DNA of 64,000 bases from Octopus vulgaris (GCA_951406725.2 OX597839.1:37386001-37450000); one strand, 5' to 3'; counted from the stretch's first letter, positions 27,324 through 38,703 are shown. Numbers and translations are program-made. Notes: generated by a model from the sequence alone, not told the origin.

Positions 27324-27763
27324 ATGCTATCAACTAACTTAGATCACAACAGTTCGATGAGAGAGAAAGTAAAGAAATGCATGGCAGCCACCACTTCCAT
27401 TACCAATAACAACACAATCAGTGATCGTCACAGCAACATCAATGACCATGCCGACCACAACACCGATGTTAGTCGTAGCAGGTGGCAGTCGGGTGGTTTT
27501 ACCAACAGGAGTGTACTGAATGTATTGGTGATCGTCCTGGTGTCCAGTTGGTGCTTGTCCAGCTGCCTGGTTATGGCCAAGTCGTTGAATATGGATACTG
27601 TCGATAACCTGGCCGTACCTGACCACTTGGACGGTGTGAAAATGGAACAAGATGGCCATTTAAACCAGAGGTTCCGACAGGAAATATTCATGGGAGACCT
27701 GGAAGATTTGGACGAATTGCCGTATGAGGCTCGACGAGCGAAACTTGATGAAGTCTTTGAGAA
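27324..27763 (+). CDS. SDF4: Cab45 / 45 kDa calcium-binding protein coding exon 1 (start ATG uncertain: 27324, 27357 or 27381)
   Basis: Hydrophobic signal-like segment VLNVLVIVLVSSWCLSSCLVMA, then the Cab45 motif PDHLDGVKMEQDGHLNQRFRQEIFMG. Ends GAG AA|GTATGT, phase 2. Confidence 0.9.
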
Positions 27764-28414
27764 GTATGTTGTTATTTTTTATCATCATTGTTGTTTCAAA
27801 TTTTGGCACAAGGCCTCCAATTTTAGAAGAGAAGGCCAGTCGATTACATCAACCCCAGTGATCGACTGGTACTTTATTTTATTGATCTCGAAAGGATGAG
27901 ATGCAGTGTCAGCACTTCGTTCTTATGGGGTCGATAAAATAATTACCAGTCGATCACTGGGTTCGATGTAATCGACTAAGCCCCTTTCGTAAAATTTGAA
28001 GCTCTGTGTCTGTAGTAGTAGAAAGAATTTTTATTGTTGTGGTGGTTTAAAACCCGTCCCTCCTTCATCAAGTTGGTTGGGGTACGTGGCCTTGTGCATC
28101 AGTGTGTTCGGATCAACATCATAATGTCCTGAACCGGGCGGCATGTTGAGATCCTCCTTCAACAAGTCACTTCCTTTCACATTGGTCCAATGTACTCGGC
28201 TGTAAATGAGTAACCTGCCAAGTGCTTGTGTAACTCTCTATCTCACCCTGAATGTGCCGCTGGTCAAAGGGTGAGAGAATCAAACAGGTGTCTGTCTGCT
28301 CCCGACTATATAGGCACCTAAAATAATTTGCGAATACATGGTACATGTTACTAAGTAATACTCGTTCGCGAGGGCGGTTGGCTTTTAAAAAAATGCTTGG
28401 TCCTTTATCCACAA

Positions 28415-28790
28415 GACTTATGATCAAAGATGTTCCGATTGTGACCATCCTGTCATTTATTTAGATGCTGTGCATCTTGAGTGTAGAGCAATGTTGTCCA
28501 GTTCGGGTCAGCCCTCATCCGAAGAGCTATGATCAAGGGTATTTCAGCTGTAACCATCCATGTCTTTTATTCAGATGTGTATCTTGGGTATAGGTCAACA
28601 TTGTCCACTTTCGGGCAGACCTCATCCAGAAGAGCAGTTATCAAAGGTGTTTCAGCTGTGACCATCCAACCTTTTATCGAGATGTTGTATATCTAGGTGT
28701 GGGGTAACCATTGTCCAGTTCAGATCAGCCCTTATTTAGAAAAGCTATGATGCTGTGTTCCAGATGTAGTTATCCAGTCTAAATTTTTTT
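28415..28790. repeat. Degenerate tandem repeat, about 110-bp period, of an old dispersed family
   Basis: Recurring TATGATCAA(A/G)GG..TT(C/T)CAGCTGT(G/A)ACCATCC and TTGTCCA.TTC(G/A)G blocks. Related single copies near 17770-17930, 40700-40770, 53820-54040 and 55620-55850. Confidence 0.7.
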
Positions 28791-28904
28791 CAACCACAGT
28801 GTATCTAGGGACCACCTTATCTAATGTAATCTGAGGAAGATTTAGCTGCTATTTCTAACAGGTTGTGTGACAGCTAGAAGTTAACTCATTTAAATTGTAT
28901 ATTT

Positions 28905-28935
<31 letters not shown>

Positions 28936-29449
28936 GTATGCATAGGGCGGGGAGCTGGTAAAGTCGTCAGGACAAACTACTTTGCATTTCGTCCGTCTGG
29001 GTTCAAATTTCACCGAGGACGACTATGCCTTTCATCCTTTCGGGGTGGATAAAATATGTACCGGTTGAACACGGGTCGAAATTGCCGGCCTTGTGCCAAA
29101 ATTTGAAATCTGTATTACATACGCGCGCGCGCAATCAGAAACCCAATTAAGCAGAATTTCGGGTTGTGTCTTCTGGGTGGGTTACGGGTGAATACAGTCA
29201 GAATACAAGCCACCCTAAAGTAGGTGAAGTTTATTTATATTAATTCTATTGTTGCAACATCATTATATTTAATCTGGTCGTGTATAATCTAGTTTTATAG
29301 CTGATAATGGACACTCAGAAACAGATTAAGCCGGATTAAAGTCGTGCGTATATCTTAATGGAAGTAGCCATTGATCTTGTGTGCCGTTATGATGCTGACA
29401 GCGCACGTTTTGCGACACTACTACCATAACAACACCTGTTATATATACA

Positions 29450-29499
<50 letters not shown>

Positions 29500-29625
29500 T
29501 CTTTACTCTTTTACTTGTTTCAGTCATTTAACTGCGGCCATGCTGGAGCACCGCCTTTTAGTCGAGCAAATCGACCCCAGGACTTATTCTTTGTAGGCCC
29601 AGTACTTATTCTAAGTGACGGGGAC

Positions 29626-29692
<67 letters not shown>

Positions 29693-29706
29693 TATATATA
29701 TATAGT

Positions 29707-29737
<31 letters not shown>

Positions 29738-30936
29738 CTTGTGTCAAGTATAATATTAGAGATTTAGCTGTTGTTTCTAGTGACCACGTATGAGGCTTTC
29801 TCAATGGCTCTGTGTTGTTGCTACTGTAAATGTTATTCACAATGTTTTTGCTGTTGTCAGCCCCTTATTTCCTGTATACATTCCACCATATCTGTTTAAC
29901 TCTGAAATTTGGAGTCTGAGGCAACTGCTGACGATGTACGTTTTGGCTCCTTACGTTCGAAGTTCAAATCCCACCGAGATCAACTTTACTTTTGTCAACG
30001 GATGCAATAAAGGCTTCGGGGGGGGGGGGATTTCATCTTTGAGTGGTTGATAAAATAAAAGCACCAGTCCAAGGCTGTCGATTGGCCTGACTATCAGACC
30101 ACTAGACAAAATGCTTTGCGGTCTGTATTTACCTTTGACGTCCCAAACTCCGGCAGTGTTTGCGGGTTTTCGCGGTATAACTACAGACTAGTGTCCCACG
30201 ACTTTGTTCTTGCATAACTTTCGAAAGAATGTGTGATTTTAATAGAAATTTCCAGATATATGAGTACGAGGGTGAAGAATGCGATTATGTTGATAATATT
30301 TTTTAAAAAAAGCACATTGAGATGATTAGATAATGTTCATAGTCTCAAATGGCACGCCTTGGAATCCAGCAGGAAAGCGTAATGACGGTTGCTTTTGATA
30401 GAACCATAGGAAGGAGCTACCCGAGGACTTCTAGGAATAGTGGGCTGAGAAAATGAATGGATGGATCATTCTTTCCTTTACCTTTTTTTTTTTATTTCTT
30501 CATAACTTTCTTTAAAATTCATATTTTTTAAATGGCATTTTGTAGAAATATATTTTCGAAAACTTAGATTGGCTTAATGTAATTGTCTTTTACTTGTTTG
30601 AGTCATTAGACTGTGGGGCCATGCTACGGCACCACCTTGCAGAATTTTTAGTGCAATTAATCGACCCCAATACTTTATTTTTTATTAAACCTGTTACTTA
30701 TTCTATCAGTGTTTCTTGCCGAACCACGAAGTTATGGTTGTCAAGTGGTGGTGGTAGTAGTATGGGGGAGACAAACACACACACATACATATATATTTAG
30801 ATACAACAGGCTTCTTTCAGTTCCTTTCTCCCAAATCCTCTCACAGGTCTTTGGTTGGCCCAAGGCAATAGTAGAAGACACTTGCCCAAGGTGCCATGCA
30901 GTGGGATGGGACCCGGAACCGTGTGGTATAGTAAAA

Positions 30937-31166
30937 GGTGGTGAGCTGGCAGAATCGTTCGCACGCCGGGCGAAATGCTTAGCGGTGTTTCGTCTGCGTT
31001 ACGTTGTGAGTTCAAATTCCGCCGAGGTCGACTTTGCCTTTCATCCTTTCGGGGTCGATAAATTAAGTACCAGTTACGCACTGGGGTCGATGTAATCGAC
31101 TTAATACCTATGTCTGTCCTTGTTTGTCCCCTCTGTGTTTAGCCCCTTGTGGGTAATAAAGAAATA
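30937..31166 (+). mobile_element. SINE family B (tRNA-like head, Meta/Sauria-SINE-like core GCCTTTCATCCTTTCGGGGTCGATAAA)
   Basis: Full-length copy with TSD GGTATAGTAAAA on both sides. Confidence 0.88.
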
Positions 31167-31878
31167 GGTATAGTAAAATAGGAATCAAAGGGCAAAAAAT
31201 GGTTGAGAATCACTGGATTATAGAATCGTGGTGTTTCAGGTGACTATTCCTGTTGCAGATCTGAATGACCAACTGGACGGGTCTGCATACATTTTCTTCC
31301 ATCACCTTCGGACTTTCAGTAGATGGAACAACAAAGAAGGCCACCATAAAGAAACATCTATCCATTACTGGATTGCAGTGATAAACACTTGCATGATGAG
31401 TCTCTGTGATTAATACCAAGCGACAGGCAGAAGTGAGATGACCAGTAACCACACGAAACCACATATTTTACATCAGGCTGTTCCTATCCTAGAGGAATGC
31501 TGTGATAGCAGCTAGGAGTCCCTCACTCCTGGTGATTTTGCTGTGTGCAGCTGTCAGATGGCTGTTGACAGCCATCATACTACATACGTTTATCATACTA
31601 CATACGTACATGATGATTGCCTCATCTTGTCAGATGGTAGCCATCTCACGTTAATGAACAGTGAGACACCTGTACATCACTGGATTTAAGTGACAAAAGC
31701 TTGTACAACTCTTTTGCCATCCTCTTGGTCACCATAGTAGGTTCCAGTGACAGGAATTCTAAGATGAATGGTACTATTTTGACTGCAAACTTTATGTCAG
31801 AGCGTATTTCTTCTAGAAGAGCTACCTTACCCATGGATTTAACAAAAATAGCAGGAGCCTCCTCTACCCTTGGCAAAT

Positions 31879-32094
31879 CTATTTAAACCGGCCATATCCG
31901 GCCAAAATATTTAATCTGTTTTAAGTTCAAACTGACCAGATCCAGGCCCTCACACCTACCCTACAATGTTATTCTACATTAAGTAATTACACCATCAAGA
32001 TCTTGAAGATATGAGATAATGCATGATTAATTCAAATCAATGGGAATCAATAATCATTATGTTTGGTAGAATAATCTGAAAACTAAAGGGTTAA
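31879..32094 (+). mobile_element. piggyBac-type MITE, left end truncated
   Basis: Matches 62141-62349 and ends CTAAAGGG|TTAA. Confidence 0.8.
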
Positions 32095-32125
32095 CCAATA
32101 GATAGGACCCCTGATGGTACTTAAC

Positions 32126-32499
32126 AGGCGCAGGATGGCTGTGTGGTATGTAGCTTGTTTACCAACCACATAGTTCCGGGTTCAGTTCCACTGTGTGGCA
32201 CCTTGGGCAAGTGTCTTCTACTGGAGCCTCGGGTTGACCAAAGCCTTGTGAATGGATCTGGTAGACGGAAACTGAAAGAAGCCCGTCGTATATATGTTTG
32301 TGTGTCTGTGTTTATCCCCCCAACATCGCTTGACAACCGATGCTGGTGTGTTTACGTCCCCGTAACTTAGCGGTTCAGCAAAAGATAGAATAAGTACTAG
32401 GCTTCCAAAGAATAAATCCTGGGGGGGGGGTCAATTTGCTCGACTAAAGGCGGTGCTCCAGCATGGCCGCAGTCAAATGACTGAAACAAGTAAAAGAGT
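32126..32499 (+). mobile_element. SINE family A
   Basis: Full-length match to the family A consensus. Confidence 0.88.
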
Positions 32500-32879
32500 A
32501 ACACTCTGCAGTTTTATTTTTCTTTGTTTTATAATAGCATCATAACTGAATTGTGTTAATAAGCAAATAAGCAAATTGTTTTAACAGTTTTTGAATGCGT
32601 TGGTGTTTGTCCCGTCTCTCTCTCTCTCTCTCTCTCAAACACACGCATCCCTCTCTTACCCTCTGCCACTTTACTCTTTTCTGCAACACCATCTTTCAAC
32701 CACGTTTACATTTGCAGTCTCAGCAATTCTCAACGATTAAGAATTCTATTTCCGTACCATTCCAATTAATCTTCCGACTTTGACAAAAACAGAAAGAAAG
32801 AAAAAAGTGCATTGCTAGAGATTTTTTAGTTCAGAACACACAACAGCTTACATTTTTAATATTACAGAGCAGTGTGTGC

Positions 32880-32916
<37 letters not shown>

Positions 32917-32948
32917 ATGTACATAAATGTGTATATGCATTTATAATG

Positions 32949-32986
<38 letters not shown>

Positions 32987-33124
32987 TGAATGCATGTTAA
33001 TGTGTATGTACTCACATCTGTATGTGCTTAGTCAGTTAGTGTCTGGCCTCGGTGTTAAAAAACATGACATACACTTATAAGCGAATTATGTATATGTCTG
33101 TATGTATGTATATATATGTGTGTA

Positions 33125-33164
<40 letters not shown>

Positions 33165-33363
33165 CTTGCAAACATGTGTTTGATTATCTAACACTGAGAT
33201 CAGATAGTAAGTGGCTGCAGATTGCTGTGTATATGAATTTTTATGATTTTATTATGGGTAAGAATCAAAACTATTGTAATTTGTATTTAATATTTATTAT
33301 ATTATTATAAGAATAGAAAATAATATTATGTTAATAAATTATATATATATATGTGGATACATG

Positions 33364-33415
<52 letters not shown>

Positions 33416-33483
33416 GGTCCCGGGTTGAGTCGGGGTTAACCACAGTAAATAAGGTACTCAATACATAGCAGAGTAAATTAATT

Positions 33484-33608
33484 TATTATATAGAAGGAGC
33501 TTCTACAGGACTAGAACTGTTTCATTCAAAAGAAATCATCAGGAGCTTCCTGATGATTTCTTTTGAATGAAACAGTTCTAGTCCTGTAGAAGCTCCTTCT
33601 ATATAATA
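33484..33608. repeat. Perfect inverted repeat, 61-bp arms with a 3-nt spacer
   Basis: 33484-33544 is the exact reverse complement of 33548-33608. Confidence 0.93.
33541..33597 (+). ncRNA. Type I hammerhead ribozyme motif (Penelope-like element associated)
   Basis: aggagcttc-CTGATGA-tttc tttt gaat-GAAA-cag ttctagtc ctg-TA-gaagctcct: 9-bp stem I, intact core, GUA cleavage triplet, weak stem II. Confidence 0.7.
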
Positions 33609-33798
33609 TATATATATATATACATATGTATATATATATATATACATATATATGTATTTATATATATACATGTATATATGTGTGCATCTATTTATATATA
33701 TACATGTATATATGTGTGCATCTATTTATATATATACATGTATATATGTGTGCATCTATATATATATACACACACACATTTATGTATGTATGTATATA

Positions 33799-34610
33799 CA
33801 GTAGTCGCCTGGTATTTGCAGGGGTTACATTCCTAGAGCATCTGCGAATAATGAAAAGCCGCGAATATTGGACGTGGTCCATTAAAAATGCCTATAATAT
33901 CAAAATATAACATAAAATATTATGTGTATATATATATATATATATATATAATTATTATTATAATAATTTAATAAAAAATAAAGTAAAATGTATGCTTACT
34001 CACCAATAATGAAGGTAAAGACTGCACAGAAGATTTAAAGTTCATCAGGTGTTTCAGGGGATGTTGTATCTTTGTGCAAGGCTCTCTTGGTTGGCCTTGG
34101 GGAACATTTGTGATGGGAAGTGGCTGTCATTGTTTCTTCATGGTGGCAAGGGGAGTTTTATCTGTTTGCATGGCAGCATCGATGGCATTTTTAAATTGGG
34201 GAGACCGAACCGTATTGGGGTCCCGTGCTTCTGCCTTCATTTGCAATTCCTTTGCAGTATTTCAACCCTTTAGTGTTCAGATTATTCTATCAAACATAAT
34301 GCTTATTGATTCCCATTGATTTGAATTAATCGTGCATTATCTCATATCTTCAAGATCTTGATGGTGTAATTACTTAATGTAGAATAACATTGTAGGGTAG
34401 GTGTGAGGGCCTGGATCTGGTCAGTTTGAACATAAAACAGAAATAACTATTTTGGCCAATATATGGCCGGTTTAAATACTAAAGGGTTAAAAGGTTGGAC
34501 AGATGTTCGATTGTCAGCCCCCTCCCCGTCCTCCTCTTTGTCTGTCAGGGTTTCATAGTGGGCATTGATGAGATTGGTTGACCTCATCTTGTGTGATGTC
34601 ATCATAAGTG
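33799..34610 (-). mobile_element. Tigger/pogo-like DNA transposon remnant interrupted by a MITE
   Basis: TA|CAGTAGTC...-type terminus at 33799. Minus-strand peptides LINAHYETLTD and AKELQMKAEARDPNTVRSPQFKNAIDAAM. Confidence 0.55.
34266..34486 (-). mobile_element. piggyBac-type MITE (CCCTTTAG...CTAAAGGG termini, TTAA-like target)
   Basis: Near-identical copies at about 31879-32094 (+) and 62141-62349 (+); older copies at about 15085-15278 and 62354-62500. Confidence 0.85.
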
Positions 34611-34647
34611 TATGAATCTGAGACAGGAATAAAATCATAACTGATTC

Positions 34648-35029
34648 TTTTACTTGTTTCAGTCATTTGACTGTGGCCATGCTGGAGCACCGCCTTTAGT
34701 CGAGCAAATCGTCCCCGGAATTTATTCTTTGTAAGACCAGTACTTATTCTATCAGTCTCTTTTGCCGAACTGCTAAGTTATGGGTGTGTAAACACACCAG
34801 CATCGGTTGTCAACACAGATACACAAACATGCACAGACGAACACACACACACATATATATATACATATATGACGGGCTTCTTCCAGTTTTCGTCTACCAA
34901 ATCCACTCACAAGACTTTGGTTGGCCTGAGGCTATAGTAGGAGACACTTGCCCAAGGTGCCACGCAGTGGGACTGAACCCATGACTATGTGGTTGGCAAG
35001 CAAGCTACATACCACACAGCCACTCCTGC
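34648..35029 (-). mobile_element. SINE family A
   Basis: Reverse-complement match to family A. Confidence 0.88.
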
Positions 35030-35253
35030 AAACTGATGCTCCTGTGTTTTCTTTTACCTAAAGCCAAAAACTTTTGAGTGTCCCCTATGTGTGTGTGTCT
35101 TGATTGTTCCCCACCACCACTCAACAACTGGTGTTGGTTTGTTTACGTCCCAGTGACTTAGCAGTTTTGTGAAAAAGTCTGGTAGAATAAGTGTAAGGCT
35201 TTAAAAAGAAATAAGTACAATGGTTGATTTGTTCAACTAAACCCTCTCTACAT

Positions 35254-35648
35254 AGGCACAGGATTGGTTGTGTGGTAAGTAGCTTGCTTACCAACCACAT
35301 GGTTCTGGGTTCAGTCCCACTGCATGGCTTCTTGGGCAGCTGTTTCTACTATAGCCTCGGGCCGACCAAAGCCTTGTGAGTGGATTTGGTAGACGGAAAC
35401 TGAAAGAAGCCCATCGTATATATATATATATATATATATGCGTATTTGTGTGTCTGTGTTTGTCCCCCTAGCATTGCTTGACAACCGATGCTGGTGTGTT
35501 TATGTCCCCGTTACTTAGCAGTTCAGCAAAAGAGACCGATAGAATAAGTACTGGGCTTACAAAAGAATAAGTCCCGGGGTCGAGTTGCTCGACTAAAGGC
35601 GGTGCTCCAGCATGGCCGCAGTCAAATGACTGAAACAAGTAAAAGAGA
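35254..35648 (+). mobile_element. SINE family A
   Basis: Full-length match. Confidence 0.88.
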
Positions 35649-35863
35649 GACAGAGAGAGTATGGTTGTCACCTGGTATGGTCGCAGAGCAATGACTGAGC
35701 CAAATGAAAGATAAAAGGGTCTGTGGATCTCGTTTCTGACCGCTGTAATCAATGCAGACATGATAAGGGAAGTGCACTAGCAGCGGAGAAGCAGTAGGAA
35801 ATTTAGGATCTCCTTCTGCATAGGGAACAAACTAACAGTGTCTTTTTGTTTGTTGTTTTCCAG

Positions 35864-36000
35864 GGCTGATGTCGATAACGATCAGTACCTTGACTTGAAA
35901 GAACTGGAAGAATGGATACAGCGGAAACTAGAAGAACATTTAGATGAGGCTACCAATGAAACGGATAAGATGTTTACATATCTTGATTCAAATAAAGACG
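35864..36000 (+). CDS. SDF4: Cab45 exon 2 (EF-hand 1 DVDNDQYLDLKE; start of EF-hand 2 DSNKDG)
   Basis: ttttccAG|G...GAC G|GTAAAG, 137 nt, phases fit both neighbours. Confidence 0.94.
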
Positions 36001-36254
36001 GTAAAGAATATTTCTCTTAATTTGCCATGTTAATTTCAGTATATATAAACCCTCTCTAAGAAGGATGAAAGTATGTATGGATGGATGGATGGTCATCAAC
36101 TAAACTTGACTAAGGGTGTGAATAACATTTACATTGCTAGAAATAGGAGCTAAAGTGCTCCTGTTTTTTGCAGTGTAGGTGTTATTCAGTTGATGACAGT
36201 AATTTTCCTCTACAGTATAACATTGCAAACAGCTGTTTTTATTAATATATATAT

Positions 36255-36800
36255 AGGCGGAGGAGTGGCTGTGTGGTAAGTAGCTTGCTTACCAACCACA
36301 TGGTTCCGGGTTCAATCCTACTGCGTGGCACCTTGGGCAAGTATTTTCTACTATAGCCTCAGGCTGACCTTGTGAGTGCATTTGGTAGACAGAAACTGAA
36401 AGAAGCCTGTTGTATATATGGCGCAGGAGTGGCTGTGAGGTAAGTAGCTTGCTAACCAGCCACATGGTTCCGGGTTCAGTCCCACTGCGGGCATCTTGGG
36501 CAAGTGTCTTCTGCTATAGCCCTGGGCGGACCAATGCCTTGTGAGTGGATTTGGTAGACGGAAACTGAAAGAAGCCTGTCGTATATATATGTATGTATGT
36601 GTGTCTGTGTTTGTTCCCCTAGCATTGCTTGACAACCGATGCTGGTGTGTTTACGTCCCCGTCACTTAGCGGTTCGGCAAAAGAGACCGATAGAATAAGT
36701 ACTGGGCTTACCAAAGAATAAGTCCCGGGGTCGATTTGCTCGACTAAAAGGCGGTGCTCCAGCATGGCCACAGTCAAATGACTGAAACAAGTAAAAGAGA
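36255..36800 (+). mobile_element. Two family A SINEs (5' half followed by a full copy starting at about 36420 in the internal TA tract)
   Basis: Head GG(C/A)GGAGTGGCTGTG repeated at about 36256 and 36420. Confidence 0.88.
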
Positions 36801-36808
36801 ATATATGT

Positions 36809-36885
36809 ATGGAGGCATAATGTCGCCATCACTAGTGATCACTCCAAACACCATGATGTTGACTGGATGTTTGATTGTTATCACT
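36809..36885 (-). mobile_element. Tc1/mariner (maT/DD37D-like) transposase fragment
   Basis: TIKHPVNIMVFGVITSDGDIMPP resembles the KHPxxVMVWG motif. Confidence 0.65.
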
Positions 36886-37021
36886 TCTGGCACAAATGCC
36901 AGCAGTACAGCATGCCATTTCCAAATTTCTGGCAGAGTGAATTGGGTCATGGTGCTGTTTTTCTCATAGACAGTGCCCATCTGACCCTACTTTACTGTGT
37001 AGTCGACAAACAATACACATA

Positions 37022-37400
37022 CTCTACTCTTTTACTTGTTTCAGTCATTTGACTGCGGCCATGCTGGAGCACTGCCTTTAATCGAGCAACTCGAGCCCGG
37101 GACTTGTTCTTTGTAAGCCCAGTACTTATTCTATCGGTCTCTTTTGCTGAACCGCTAAGTAACGGGGACATAAACACACCAGCATCGGTTGTCGAGCAAT
37201 GCTAGGGGGACAAACACAAACACACACACACACATATACATATATACGATGGGCTTCTTTCAGTTTCCGTCTACCAAATCCCCTCACAAGGCTTTGGTCG
37301 GCCCGAGGCTATAGTAGAAGACACTTGCCCAAGGTGCCATGCAGTGGGACTGAACCCGGAACCATGTGGTTGGTAAACAAGCTACTTACCACACAGCCAT
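37022..37400 (-). mobile_element. SINE family A
   Basis: Reverse-complement match. Confidence 0.88.
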
Positions 37401-37447
37401 GTGCGAAAATAAAAGTATTAGATGATGAAAATTTACCCATCATACCT

Positions 37448-37489
<42 letters not shown>

Positions 37490-37651
37490 AGAGAAATGGT
37501 GGCAAGCTGACAGAATCGTTAACTCATTGGCATTTCATTTGTCTTTATATTCTGAGTTCAAATGCTGCCATGGTTGACTTTGCTTATCATCCTTTTGGCT
37601 TTCATAATGTAAGTCCCAGTTGAACACTGGGATCTATGTCATTAACTAGAC

Positions 37652-37838
37652 CAGGGGGTCCCCAAACTCTTTAGACCATCAGCCCCTTCATGGAATCCTT
37701 CACTCTTCATTGACCCTCTCGCCTCCAGTCATGTACAAAAAAAAATTAAATAATAATAATAATGTAGATGTGCATTCATTGACCCCCATGAATAGGCCCA
37801 TCAACCCCCACTTTTTTTGACCACTTTCGAGACCCCTG
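37652..37838. mobile_element. hAT/Charlie-type MITE inserted into an old SINE
   Basis: CAGGGG...CCCCTG termini with an imperfect 8-bp TSD (aactagac / gattagac). Confidence 0.7.
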
Positions 37839-38080
37839 GATTAGACCCTTCCCACCAAAATTGCAGGCTTTGTGCCTATAGTTGAAAAGATATCATCATC
37901 ATCATCATTTAGCGTCCGCTTTCCATGCTGGCATGGGTTGGACGGTTTAACTGGGGTCTGTGAAGCCGGAAGGCTTCATCAGGCCCAGTCAGATTTGGCA
38001 GTGTTTCTACGGCTGGATGCCCTTCCTAACGCCAACCACTCCGTGAGTGTAGTGGGTGCTTTTTACGTGCCACCAAATGC

Positions 38081-38327
38081 GCCCTTTTTAAAGCCTAGCC
38101 AGGCTCATGGGCCCGGGTTCCTGGTTTCCATGGCGTATGTGTTCCCCAGCTGGACGGGACACCAGTCCATCACAGCGTTACTCATTTTTGCCAGCTGAGT
38201 GGACTGGAGCAACGTGAAATAAAGTGTTTTGCTCAAGAACACAACGCGTCGCCTGGTCCAGGAATCGAAACCACAATCTTACGATCATGGTGCTGACACC
38301 CTAACCACTAAGCCATGCACCTCCACA
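38081..38327 (-). mobile_element. SINE family D, tail variant 2
   Basis: Matches 55853-56100 in reverse complement. Confidence 0.85.
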
Positions 38328-38329
38328 CG

Positions 38330-38365
<36 letters not shown>

Positions 38366-38556
38366 GTGAGAGAGAGAGAGAGAGAGAGCCGGACAGATAT
38401 TTGTGTGCGTTTTCCTTGAGTTTTGTTGTTAAGTTTCTTTCTCCAACCAGGCAGATAATGCCCATACTGGAGCACTGTAAAACTTCTTTATTTTATTTGT
38501 TGTCCCATATTTCTTTAATGTTGTTTTCTTTTGTGTTTGTTTTTTTTTTTGCATAG

Positions 38557-38703
38557 GTTTTGTTCAATGGGAAGAATACTTTCGCAAGTATTTAGAGGCC
38601 CGAGGGTACAACAAACCAATGATCGACAATTATGTAAGAAAGCTTGGTAGCGTGGACTTTAATGAGACTCTTTTGGAATATATCCCACTGAAAAGGAATG
38701 AAG
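38557..38703 (+). CDS. SDF4: Cab45 exon 3 (GFVQWEEYFRKYLEARGYNKPMIDNY...PLKRNE)
   Basis: Poly-T tract then gcatAG|GT...GAA G|GTGAGG, 147 nt, phase 1/1. Completes EF-hand 2. Confidence 0.92.

Noticed and set aside
31210-31880. ORFs 31210-31464 and 31646-31876 and a CTGAAAG...GAAA motif
   Set aside because: No recognisable domain and the hammerhead pairing is not convincing; probably an old retroelement remnant that I cannot classify.
37199-37510. Recurrent ORFs such as RRHLPKVPxSGTEPGTMWLV and [14 protein letters not shown]
   Set aside because: Chance translations of SINE family A copies, not a gene family.
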